Shown: positions 28,238 to 45,450 of the stretch, piece by piece
Layout of the letters: every line of letters begins with the position of its first letter
Numbering within the stretch: the stretch's first letter is position 1
NCBI RefSeq assembly: GCF_902713615.1
Contig: NC_052161.1
Coordinates: forward strand, 120,568,636-120,632,635
Direction of reading: 5' to 3'
DNA: 64,000 bases
From: Scyliorhinus canicula
Lineage: Eukaryota
Notes under the pieces: generated by a model
Seen by the model: the letters and a program-made list of their open reading frames with translations, nothing else
Told to the model about the DNA's origin: nothing
Database searches by the model: none
Program-made: the position numbers and the translations under genes

Positions 28238-29757
28238 CAGTGGTGTTCTTCAAAGCCTTTTTTCCCCAGAGACCCACTTTTGTCAACTGGCCAACCTTTG
28301 CGACACACACCAAGTTCACTTGCTTTTTAATGCGAAAGTGGAGCCTGTTTGGTCCTCGTGATCTGGCTCTAATCAGATTCAAAGGAAGAGAGGGCAATGC
28401 TTATTATCAGGAGCCAACTTCAGCATAACCAATTCACCTAACAAGCACGTCTTTCTTGATTTTTACCATCTTTGTGAAATCTGAAAATCCAACCTCGCAT
28501 ATGTAGGTCATTGTGAAGGCAATAACGACAATCTGCTTGTTTTGCTCAGCACTGGATACTCTTGGATGATGCTTCAAGAATACTGACAACGTTTAGCTTG
28601 TTTATGATGCCGTATCACCGTTCAGGTGCAGCAGATAGTCTTTTAATTTGGAGTCAGCTGTAAGTTAATATCTGACTGGGCGGCACGGTGGCACAGTGGT
28701 TAGCATTGCTGCCTAGGGCGCTGAGGACCCGGGTTCGAATCCCGGCCCTGGGTCACTGTCTGTGAGGAGTTTGCACATTCTCCCCGTGTCTGCGTGGGTT
28801 TCACCCCCACAACCCAAAGATGTGCAGGATTGGCCACGTTAAATTGCCCCTTAATTGAAAAAAATGAATTGGATATTCTAAATTTATTTTTTAAAAGTTA
28901 ATATCTGACTCTGGGATCTTCACCTCAAAAGCAATTTTTCACCCTCAACTTGCCTCTTTGCGAGGTAGCACAGTGGCGGTGGTTAGCACAGCTGCCTCAC
29001 GGCACCATAATACCAGGTTCAATCCTGGCTCTGGGTCACTGTCCGTGTGGAGTTTTCACATTCTTCCTGTGTTTGTGTGGGTTTTGTCCCCCACAACCCA
29101 AAGATGTGCAGGGTAGGTGGATTGGCCATGCTAAATTGCCCCTTAGTTGGAAAAAAGTAATTGGGTACTCTTATCTAAATGAAAAAACTTACCTCGTTTG
29201 CCAGTACTTCCCTGCATATAAGACACATGGGCTTTGCATCCTTATTTGCGTTGGCACAATTGATAAAATCATGCCTCAATAAATCATCTTTATACTTCTT
29301 CGTTCCCGAGTTCAGTTTCTTATTTGTAGGTTGTTAACCAGAGGCCATGGAGCTCTGTACGGAGCCAATACTATCACTGCTTTGTCTTGCCCTCCAGTCT
29401 CCTGAGCAGCTCTCTCCAGCAGATTCAGTTCTGAGAACTTGTCCAGTAGACATTGTGAAAACCATCCAGCTTCACAGTTCTCTTCCTTTGCTTCCGAGCA
29501 GCTATAAAATAGAAGAAATTCCTCCATGATTTGGTGCCAAAAGCAAGTACATAGAGGGTGCCTGACCTGCTCACTGCTGATTGGAAGACTGCACAGGGTC
29601 TTTCCATTTCCATTTAAAAGGCGGTTGTGATGGCCATTCTCACTAAAAATGTTGGTAGAGGCTATGAGTCACTTCTCCCGTGCTTGGGAACGCCGCAGCC
29701 GATCGCTCAGCAACCCTCCTGACACCCACAGGTCGCTACCCACACTTTGAAAAACAC
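28238..29757 (-). mobile_element. Deleted hAT Charlie/Buster-like element (copy in duplicate block 1)
   Basis: TIR-like ends GTGTTCTTCAAAG / CTTTGAAAAACAC; paralogous to 56227-57668; right TSD TTTTATAT at 29758-29765. Confidence 0.7.
28678..28894 (+). mobile_element. tRNA-derived V-SINE (HE1-like), short A-rich-tail type; representative of >30 copies in the window
   Basis: Pol III A/B boxes (TGGCACAGTGG…GGTTCGAATCC), V-domain GTGGAGTTTGCACATTCTCCCCGTGTCTGCGTGGG, 16-bp TSD AAGTTAATATCTGACT. Others at ~8037, 11175, 12070, 15255, 21550, 38109, 38470, 46460, 53546, 55901, 56862, 57745, 61105. Confidence 0.9.
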
Positions 29758-30412
29758 TTTTATATCTACAGACACAAAGCCAAGATACCAGTTTAACATC
29801 AGGGACATAATTCAATAAGACTGGAATAAACAGTTAGTCTCACTAATAATGAGGAAACTACATCATTGTTGCAAAAACCCCATCCGGTTCATTAATGTCC
29901 TTCGAGAGGAAATCTGCTATCCTTGCCCAATCCGACCTACATGTGACTCCAGATGCACAGGAATATGGTTGAGTTTTAACATGCTCAATCAAAAAGCTGG
30001 GCAAGCCAGTCAGTTGTATCAAACTGCTACAGGAAAACAAGCAGTGTGGGTGTATCTACCCACATAGACTGTAGAGATTCAAAAAGCTAGACCACTTTCA
30101 AGGGTAATGAGGAACGGACAGTAATGATTCAATGCTGGACTTGCATCCCAAAAACAACTTAAAAAGAGAAAGCATAACACTCATGACTGGCTGCTGAAAT
30201 TCTGGAATGAACCTTGAACTCCCAACATTCCAACACTGGTTAGTGTGCTGCCCCTCAGCTACAACTGTTAATGTTCTGTAATATAATTGTAAACAATTAC
30301 ACAATGCCCTCAACCCCAACTACAGAGGTTATAGTGACACCAGTGTTGGGAAGGTAACGATGTAACCAGTTTTATTTAGTAGTTTACACTGTAAATGCGA
30401 ACATAGGAATTT

Positions 30413-30709
30413 TTTTTTAATAAACATAATCCGATGAACGACCTTAAATTGTATCAGGCTGAGTTTGGCACATGTTGCGGTCGCGTTGACTCTACTCAAT
30501 GCGTCTGCCCACAGACCATCCTCTATCTCTCCTCCCAGCTCCTCCTCCCACTTGCGCTTCAGCTCCTCGGTCTGCGTCTCCTCTGACCCCATAAGTTCCT
30601 TGTAAATGTCCGAGACGCTCCCTTCTACCCACCCTCTGGAAACTACACTGTCCTGTATCCCCCTTAGCAGTAGGAGCAGTAGAAGGTTGCCCCCTGTTTA
30701 CGTAGGATG
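30413..30709 (-). mobile_element. Short internally deleted L1 insertion
   Basis: 17-bp TSD TGCGAACATAGGAATTT (30396-30412, 30710-30726). Encodes KWEEELG…QFKVVHR joined directly to a polyA tail. Absent from the paralog at ~60600. Confidence 0.88.
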
Positions 30710-30864
30710 TGCGAACATAGGAATTTATACCAATCTGTGAAACAAGGACACCAATACATTCTCACTCTTGGACATTCATAGTGTTTCAGAGGAATCCTCC
30801 CATGTGTGATGCAATAGATGATTCAAGCACTAACAAATGTGTAAATGGTCATTCAGTCTTGGTT

Positions 30865-30870
30865 TTTATT
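30865..30870 (-). terminator. Probable AKR7A copy 1 polyadenylation signal
   Basis: TTTATT on + (AATAAA on -) ~390 nt past the stop codon; conserved in copy 2 at ~60758-60763. Confidence 0.5.
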
Positions 30871-31257
30871 CTCCACTGGAGATAGATTTGAAACAAATAT
30901 TTTACAATTTCAGTAACAGCTTTGATTCCGTTTACAGTTTGTGTTGACAGTTCAACTCTCCAACAGTTGTGAGATCGGAGTAACTAAAGAAGTCCTCAAA
31001 GTTCAATCTTATTTCTCTTGCTGGTGTTTCTGTCCTCTGCCTTATTCCTTATCACAGGACATTGTAACTCAACCATCTGTATCTGTAAAATAATTTCCCA
31101 TTGCAGCTTAGCAATTGCAGTTACCTGAATCATTTCATCCGCATCCAGACCCATCAATTGATAACTTTGTTAAATCTGATTCTAAGAATGGATGATAATT
31201 CTTAAATTCATTATTTCAGTGCGTATATTTAAGAAGCCTTCCTTATCTAGGTCTGTG

Positions 31258-36371
<5,114 letters not shown>

Positions 36372-36436
36372 GGCGTCCTGGGCTCCGCCGAGCAGAGTTC
36401 TGAACACTGCTGGAGAATAGACAGGAGACCCAACCT

Positions 36437-36935
36437 CCCAAACCCCGCCCACCCGAGAGCACGTCCCAAACCCCGCCCACCCGAGAGCACGTACCAAACC
36501 CCGCCCACCCGAGAGTACGCCCCAAACTCCGTCCACCCGAGAGCACGTCCCAAACCCCGCCCACCCGAGAGCACGTCCCAAACCCCGCCCACCCGAGAGC
36601 ACGTCCCAAACCCCGCCCACCCGAGAGTACGCCCCAAACTCCGTCCACCCGAGAGCACGCGCCAAACCCCGCCCACCCGAGAGCACGTACTAAACCCCGC
36701 CCACCCGAGAGCACGTACCAAACCCCGCCTACGCGGGGGCACGCCCGAAACCCCGCCCACTCGAGAGAACGTACTAAACCCCACCCACCCGAGAGCACGC
36801 CAAAGACCCCGCCCACCGGAGGGCACGCCCAACTACCCTGCCCGCCTTAGGGCACGCCCCAAACCCCGCCCACTCCAGGACGCGTCACCAAACCCCGCCC
36901 ACTCCATGAAGCATGCCACAGCCCTGCCCACTCCA
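36437..36935. repeat. 28-bp GC-rich minisatellite (AAACCCCGCCCACCCGAGAGCACGTCCC)n, ~17 units, upstream of AKR7A copy 1
   Basis: Directly visible 28-bp periodicity. A variant unit recurs at 36511 and 36623 (112 bp = 4 units). Units decay rightwards. Confidence 0.95.
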
Positions 36936-37289
36936 TGGTGGGTTCCACAAACCCATCGTGTCAGAGATGGCACTTGGGCCAAAGGGGATCAAAGGATATG
37001 GAGGAAGACGGGATTAGGCTGTTGAGGTGGCAATCAGCCATGATCATAAGTAAGGGTGGAACAGGGCCGAATGGCCTCCTCCTGCTCCTATATTGTTTCT
37101 AACCGTGTCCACTCTAGAGCATGTCCACAAACTCCATCCACTCCAAGCGCCACCAAACCCCACTCCCCGGAACGTCTCCAAACTCCGTCCACTCCCAGGT
37201 ACTTGTCAATTCTAAAACCAGTGATGCAAATGACATTGAATACCAACTACTCATGGTTCTCAGAAATGGTAATTTCCAGTCCCATGTGA

Positions 37290-38880
37290 AGCAAAATGTT
37301 TTTCACAATAATACTGCAGAAGAGGCCTTGTGGCCCATCGAGTCTGCACCTACACAAGAAAAACACCTGACCTGCCTACCTAATCCCACTTGCCAGCACC
37401 TGGCCCATAGCCTTGAATGGTATGATGTGCAAGTGCTCATCCAGGTACTTTTTAAAGGATATGAGGCAATAGTTATTCCCTATTTGCGCCCCTCATGATA
37501 TTGTACACCTCGATTAGGTGAATTCAACATTCTGAATTCTCCCTCTGTACCCGAACAGGCACCGTATGGCAACTTGGTGATTTTCACAGTCACTTCATTG
37601 CATTGTTGATGTAAACCTGATGTAGGGGCTGTTTAGCTCACAGGGCTAATCGCTGGCTTTGAAAGCAGACCAAGGCAAGCCAGCAGCACGGTTGGATTCC
37701 CGTAACAACCTCCCCGAACAGGCGCCGGAATGTGGCGACTAGGGGCTTTTCACAGTAACTTCATTTGAAGCCTACTCGTGACAATAAGCGATTTTCATAA
37801 TGTAAGCCAACTTGTGACAATAATAAAGATTATTATCATGTCACCCCTAAGTCTTCTCTGCTCCAGCAAAAATAACTCAAGCCCATCCAACCATTGAATA
37901 TTTCCTTGTCACATTACTCCTTCCAAACTGTATCGCCTCACACTTTTCAGGGTTACATTCCATTTGCCACTTTCTGCCCATTTGACCATCACATCAATAT
38001 CTTCCTGTAACCCAAGACACTCAACCTCATTGTTAACCATCCGGCCAATCTTTGTGTCAACCCCAAACCACCTGATCCTACCCCCACATTGTAATTTAGG
38101 GCACCCAGAGAGCAGCACGGTGGCCTAGTGGTTAGCACAGCTGCCTAACGGCACTGAGGTCCCAGGTTCGATCCCGGCTCTGGGTCACTGTCCGTGTGGA
38201 GTTTGCACATTCTCCCCATGTCTGCTTGGGTTTCGCCCCCACACCCAAAAATGTGCAGAGTAGGTGGATTGGCCACACTAAATTGCCCCTTAATTGGAAA
38301 AAATAATTGGGTAATCTAAATTTTAAAGAAAAAAAAGAAAAATTTAGGGCACCCAGCACAGGTCCCTGTGGTACACCACTGAACGCTGGCTTCCAGTCAC
38401 TAAAGCAGCCTCTGTCATCACCCTTTGTCTCCTACACCTAAGCCAATTTTGAATCCACCTTATCAACGTAGGGCAGCATGGTGGCGCAGTGGGTAGCACT
38501 TTTGCCTCACGGCGCCAAGGTGCCAGGTTCGATCCAGGCTCTGGATCACTGTCTGTGTGGAGTTTGCACGTTCTCCCGTGATTGCGTGGGTTTTGCCCCC
38601 ATAACCAAAGATGTGCAGGCTAGGTGGATTGGCCACGCTAAATTGCCCCTTAATTGGAAAAATGAATTGGGTACTGTAAAACAATTTTAAAACTTACCTT
38701 GTATCCCACATACAATTCTTCATAAGTTTCCCATCTGGGACCATGTCAAAGGCATTGATGAAATTCATGTAAACAACATCAACTACACCACCCTCATCTA
38801 AACACCTGGTCACATGCTCAAAAAATTAAATCAAATTTGTTAGGCACGACCTCCCTCTGACAAAGCTATGCTGACTATTC
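37290..38880 (-). mobile_element. Fragmented CR1 with nested SINEs
   Basis: DTKIGR…LQEDID motif (ORF 37909-38118), PQG region near 38365, CR1 tail near 37320-37460. Confidence 0.7.
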
Positions 38881-39722
38881 CTGGATCTTTTTGGTATTCA
38901 TCAGACCAAGCCTAGAATTGTGATTGTAGTTGAAGACTGCAATTATCAGCAGACAGCTTAATTTCTGCCATGATAGATGATGAAGCAATTTGCATATATG
39001 TAATATCTTTCATTTAGTTAAAACATCCCTAGGAAACATTATCAAACAAATCTTCACACCAAACATAAAATGCTGAATAAACTCAGGTCTGGCAGCCTCT
39101 GTGGAGAAGAACAGAATTAACATTTCAAGTATATGACTCTTCAGAGCTGAAGACGGGCAGAAACTTGACAGATTATATACTTGAAGAAGGGGTTTGAGAA
39201 GGTGAAATAGAATAAAAGTTCAGTCAGGCACGGTGAGACTGAGGGGAGCTTAAGGAAATATTAACAGGTGGTAGAGCAAGTAGTTGTATGAAGCATTTTA
39301 AAGGACAGGGAGGAACAGAGGCAGAAAAGTTTTCGGAAGGGATTCCATAACTGAGGGGTAGGTAGAGCAGAGTGTTTAAAATCAGGAGTACACAAGAAGC
39401 CAGAGTTGGAGGAGAACAGAGATTTAAATGGGCAGTTGGGCTGGAGGAGGTAAGGAGAGAAATTGAAAGTTAGGATGAGATTTTAAAATCCAGGGGATAC
39501 CGGTTAATGTAGGTATGTAACTGGATGGAAAGTCATTGAAATAGCTGAAGACCAGTATATCCCTAAAGAACAAATGTCTACGTATACAGTCAAGCAACAC
39601 CGACAATATGGAGGCAAGATACAAGAAAAACTATCAAGCAACCGAGAGAAATATAGAAATCAACAGGAGAAAACAAGAGCTTCAAAACTGGAAATAGCTG
39701 TTTGATTGAAAATGTGGTTGTC

Positions 39723-42700
39723 GGGACTTCCGATGGCGGCTATGAAGGAGTAGGTTGCATACTTGGTGGCTCCCGTTCGGGTCGGAACTTTGGACCTTTT
39801 TCCCCGATTTTTTGTCAGATCTGAAGTGGAAAATCGATGTTGGACGCAATTGTGAAGAGGAATCCTACATCAGTGCATGGAGAAGCGGACCAGGAGTGCT
39901 CACAAAGGAAGAAATAGGCAAACGGAGAAGGCTTGGACTGAGGCTGCTACGGGTGAAAGCATGGCGGACGACCGGAGTCCTGGCTCGACAAACCAGCGGT
40001 CGATGCAGCAGTTGATGCAGTTTATACAGGAGGGCTTCGCCAAGCAGAAACAGGAATGCTTGGACCTGATTAAGGACTTCGATTGCGCGGCTGGAGCTTA
40101 GATTGGATGCTCAAGACCTGGCGATCCAGAAAGTGGAGAAGGCACTGACTGAGCAGGAGGAACACCAAGCTGCAGTGGAGTTGGAGGTGGGGATGTTGAG
40201 AGACCAACAGAAAAGACTCCAGGAGAAGGTGGAGGATCTAGAGAACAGGTCCCGCCGGCAGAACCTGAGAGTCTTGGACCTCCCAGAGGGATCCGAAGGA
40301 ACGGACGCAGGGGCATACATAGCGGCTATGTTTGAGAAGCTACTGGGGGAGGGGACGTTCTCCTGACCCTTGGAGGTAGACAGGGGCCACAGATCTCTAC
40401 AAGGAAGCCGCGTGTGGGTGACCCCCGAGAGCAATGGTGGTGAGATTCCACAGGTACCTGGACAAGAAGTGCATTCTACGGTGGGCCAGGCAAACGTGGA
40501 TCTGCAAATGGGAGAACAGTGTCCTGCGTATATATCAGGATCTGAGCGCAGACGTGGCCAGGAGAAGAGCGGGGCTCAACCATATAAAATCGACCCTTTT
40601 AAGAAGAAGGTAAAGTTTAGACTACTGTACCCGGCCTGTCTTTGGGTTACGCACGAAGAGCAACATTTCTATTTTGATTCGCCCGAGGAAGCGATGGACT
40701 TTGCAAGACGGAAAGGGCTAGTATTGGACTGAGGTATTTGGATTGAACTTTGCTGCAGTGTTCATGTGGTTTTCTTTTTTGTTTTTCTCTCTTCTCTTCA
40801 GTTAATTTTAAAAAAAAAGAAAAGTTTTTGTCTTCGGTTGTTACTTGTAATGCCTTTTGTGTTGAGTTGGGGTCTGCGGACGAGCTGCTTGAGTTAAAAT
40901 TTGCATTTGCACTGATGGGGGTTGGAGGTGTGAATGTTAGATGTTTGATGTTTGATCTTTTTGATTTTCTTTGCGTGTCTCTTTTGGGCAATTGGGTTGG
41001 GATTGTTTACATTTGCATATGTGTGTCCGGGCGGGAGGGAACAATAGGTGGGGAAATGGCTGGTGCCATGGGCAGGGGGCCAGCAAGCTAGCTGGGCGGG
41101 CTAGCTCACGGAGGCGCAGTGGGGGGTGAGCAGATGGTATGCTTGTTGGAAGGGGCTGTGTGTATGGTGCTGTTACTGAGGGGGAGGGGAACTGTTCTGC
41201 TGACAGGGGAGGGATTTTTGCTGTGGGACAATAGGGAGGTCGGGGATAGAGGCGGCCTGGGGGCGGGCCTGTGGATGCTTGGGGCATGGGCTGGAGACTG
41301 GTCCAGAAAGGTGATGGCTGATCGGCGGAGAGGGGGGATGAGAAGCCCCCCAACCAGACTGATCACATGGAATGTAAGAGGGCTAAAAGGGCCGGTTAAG
41401 AGGGCAAGCGTGTTCGCGCATTTGAGGGGACTGAAGGTGGACGTGGCAATGTTGCAGGAGACGCACCTTACATTAACTGGCCAGGTCAGACTAAGGAAGG
41501 GATAGGTCTGACAGGTTTTCCACTCGGGGCTGGACTCTAAGACTAGAGGGGTCGCGATCCTGATTAATAAACGAATGTCATTCGAAGCTGGAAGAATAGT
41601 TGTGGACGTGGGGGGCCGGTACATAATGGTCAGTGGAAAGCGGGAGGGGCTGTCGATGGTACTCGTGAATGCGTATGCGCCGAATTGGAATGATGTGGAG
41701 TTCATAAGGAGGATGTTGGGAAGGATCCCGGACCTGGATTCACATAAGCTGGTAATGGGGGGGGGGGGGGACGGACTTCAACACAGTCATTAACCCAGTG
41801 ATATACCGATCTAGCTCAAGGACAGGCAGGGTGCCAGCAATGGCAAAGGAACTCAAGAGGTTTATGGAGCAGATGGGGGGGGTGAACCCATGGAGATTTG
41901 GGCGGCCGAGAGAGAAGGAGTTTTCCTTCTATTTGCACGTGCATAAAGTGTACTCCCGGATTGACTTTTTAATCCTGATCAGGGCTCTACCGATGGGCGT
42001 AGTGGACATGGAGTACTCAGCGATTAAGATCTTGGATCATGCCCCGCACTGGATTGACCGACCGGTGAGCAAGGAGAGTAGCCAGCGCCCGCACTGGAGG
42101 CTGGATGTGGGACTTTTAGCTGATGAGGAGGTGTGTGGCCAGCTGAAGAAATGTATCCTGAATTATCTGGAAGTCAACGACACGGGGGAAGTTTTGGCTG
42201 CGTGGTCTGGGAAGCGCTGAAGGCGGTGGTTAGGGAGGAGCTGATATTGTATTGGGCCCACAGGGAGAAGGCAGACAGAGCAGAGATGGTCCGACTGATA
42301 AAGGAAATACTCCAGGTCGACAGGAGGTATGCGGAGACCCCAGAGGCAGGGCTTCTGATGGAACGATGGAGGCTACTGGCGGAGTTTGGCTTGTAGAGCA
42401 GCTGAGGAAGGCGAGGGGGGCGATCTATGAATATGGGGAGAAGGCCAGTAGAATGTGTGATGATATGATCTGCATACTCGTCTGCCATTGGGCCAGAACG
42501 TCGGCTTACCATTGGCCCTGGTCGGTCATGTGCCTCTCGACCGATTGGCCGAGAGGCTGAGTTAACCACGCCTCTATTAACGAGGTATAAATGCTCAAAC
42601 GCCTGACGATCGTCCCTTTCCACTGTAGACGATCGCAGAGCTGTGTTCTAGTTAATTAAAGCCAGACTTTGGTAAATCACTCGCCTCTCGTGCAATCGAT

Positions 42701-45450
42701 GGTACATCAGAATGCTTGTGCAGCAGCTCAGAAAGCAGGAGGCGGCCAGGGGCTTGGGAAAGTAAGGGTCCGAGATGGGAATCTGGTCGGAGATTCAGCT
42801 GGGGTCAATAAGGCGTACGAGGAATTCTACAGCAGACTACGAGTCGGAATCCCCACCGGGGCCAGAGGGGATGAGGCAATTCTTAGGGGGGCTGAAGTTC
42901 CCAAAGGTTGATGAAGACTTGGTAGAAGGGCTGGGAGCCCCGATTGGGTTGGAAGAGATAGCAGATAGGCTGAAGGCCGTGCAGTCGGGAAAAGCCCCGG
43001 GACCGGATGGGTACCCTGTGGAGTTTTACAAAAAGTTCTCTGGGATGCTGGGGTCACTGCTGATGAGGGCATTCAATGAGGCAAGGGAGAATGGGGGGTT
43101 CCCCCGACGATGTCACAGGCCACTATGTCATTGATCCGGAAGCGGGATAAGGACCCAGAGTTATGCAGGTCCTACAGACCGATCTCCCTACTAAATGTAG
43201 ACGCCAAATTGTTGGCTAAGATCTTGTCCTCAAGGATTGAGGACTGCGTCCTGGATGTGACTGGGGAGGACCAGACGGGATTTGCTAAGGGGAGGCAGTT
43301 GGCGGACAACGTAAGAAGGCTGTTGAATGTTATCATGATGCCCCCCGAGGGTAGGGACGTAGAGGTAGTGGTCACAATGGACGCAGACAAGGCATTTGAC
43401 TGGGTGGAATCTGAGTATCTGTGGGAGTTATTGGGGCGGTTTGGAGTTGGGTGGGGCCTCATTGACTGGCTCAGGCTACTGTATCAGGCGCCAATGGCAA
43501 GTGTTTGGATGAACAGGCTGACATCGGGCTATTTTAGGCTACACTGGGGGACAAGCAGGGGTGCCCCCTCTCCTGCTGTTGTTCGCACTGACCATAGAAC
43601 CGCGGGCAATTGCGTTGAGAGCCTCAAAGGGCTGGAAGGGACTGGTCTGGGGGGGGGGGGGGGGGGGGGGATGTTGAACACAGAGTCTCGCTGAACGCCG
43701 ACGATCTGCTCTTATATGTGTCGGACCCATTGGAAGGGCTGGAAGAAATTATGGGGATTCTGGGGGATTTTGGCCGGTTTTCGGGGTATAAATTGAACAT
43801 GGAGAAAAGCAAGATGTTCGCGATCCAGGCAAGGGGGAAGGAGAGGCGATTGGGGGAACTGCCGTTTAGAGTGTTGGGGGAAGTTTCTGGTACCTAGGCA
43901 TCCAGGTGGCACGGGAATGGGAACAGCTGCACAAGCTAAATCTGGCCCGACTAGTAGACCAAATGAAGGAGGGTTTTCGGAGGTGGGACGTGCTCCCGCT
44001 GTCACTGGCTGGGAGGGTACAGACAGTGAAAATGATGGTTCTGCCGAGATTCCTGTTTGCGTTTCAGTGTCTCCACATCTTTATTCTTCGATCCTTTTTT
44101 AAACGGGTCAACAAGATGATCTCGGGCTTTGTATGGGCGGGTAAGAACCCGCGAGTTATAAAGAGGATGTTGGAGCGCAGCCGGGGGAGGTGGGGGGGGG
44201 CGGACTGGCACTCCTGAACTTTAGTAATTATTACTGGGCAGTGAATATAGCCATGATTAGGAAGTGGATGGTGGGGGGGGGGGGGGGGGGGGGGGGGGGG
44301 GGCTCGGTGTGGGAGCGAGTAGAGGCAGCATCTTGTAAGGCCACTAGTCTGGGGGCATTGGTAACGGTGCCTCTACCGTTCCGGCCGGAACGCAACTCCA
44401 CCAGCCCCGTGGTGGTGGCGGCCCTGAGAGTCTGGGGGCAATGGAGGAGACATGTGGGAGCAGAGGGAGCATCGGTCTGGTCCCCAATCTGTAATAATCA
44501 CCGGTTTGCCCGGGAAGGTTAGATGGAGGGTTCCGGAGATGGAAGCGGGCAGGGATAGAGAGGATGGGCGATATGTTTATAGAGGGGCTTTCCCAGCTTG
44601 AGGGAGCTGGAGTTGAAATTTGAACCGACGGGAGGGAGTGAATTTAGGTACCTGCAGGCGCGAGACTTCCTACGAAGGCAGGACTCAACCTTCCCACTCC
44701 TGCCAACCAAGGGGGATACAGGACAGGGTAGTTTCCAGGTGTTGGTGAGAGAAGGGAGGGTTTTGGACATTACGTTGAGTAGAGTCAACGCGTCCACAAC
44801 ATGTGCCAGGCTCAGCCTGATACAGTTTAAGGTCGTTCATCGGGCTCACATGACAGTGGCCCGGATGAGCAGGTTCTTTGGGGTGGAAGACAGGTGCGCA
44901 AGGTTGCGGGAGGACCAGCAAACCATGTCCAGCTGCCCAAAGCTTAGGGGATTCTGGCAGGGGTTTGCAGACGTCATGTCCAAAGTATTGAAAACAAGGG
45001 TGGCACCGGGTCCAGAGGTGGCAATTTTCGGAGTGTCGGAAGACCTGGAAATCCAGGAGGAGAAAGAGGCAGATGTTATGGCCTTTGCTTCCCTGGTAGC
45101 CCGGAGACGGATACTATTAGCTTGGAGGGACTCAAAGCCCCCGAATTCGGAAACCTGGCTATCTGACATGGCTAGCTTTCTCTGTTTGGGGAAAATCAAG
45201 ATCGCCATGAAAGGGTCGATGTCAGGGTTCACCCGGAGGTGGCAGCCGTTCGTCGACTTCTTCAGGGAGAATTAACCGTCAGCAGAAAGGAGGGGGGGTT
45301 AGTTTAATGTAGAATAGGAGTCTAGAAAAGATGGGACCTGTGAGAGAGGAAGATGGCTTTTGCACTATGTTTATATTTGTATGTACATTGTTTCTTCTGT
45401 TACTGTTATAAAACCATAAATACCTCAATAAAATGATTATCAAAAAAAAA
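39723..45450 (+). mobile_element. Full-length decayed L1-clade LINE (ORF1 plus ORF2 with APE and RT)
   Basis: 15-bp TSD GAAAATGTGGTTGTC (39708-39722, 45451-45465). ORF1 from 39877 (LENRSRRQNLRVLDLPEG). ORF2 has ITWNVRGL, LQETH, KAPGPDG and [18 protein letters not shown] and polyA tail present; many stops and frameshifts. Confidence 0.95.
42456..42709 (+). mobile_element. Solo LTR nested in L1 ORF2
   Basis: TG…CA termini, 5-bp TSD GAATG (42451-42455, 42710-42714), internal TATAAA. L1 frame YGEKASRM|L resumes across it. Confidence 0.85.

Noticed and set aside
28678-28750. tRNA-like A/B-box sequences (many copies)
   Set aside because: They are SINE heads continuing into the V-domain, not stand-alone tRNA genes.
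36437-36935. CRISPR-like periodic array
   Set aside because: Tandem units have no unique spacers, there are no cas genes, and the context is vertebrate.
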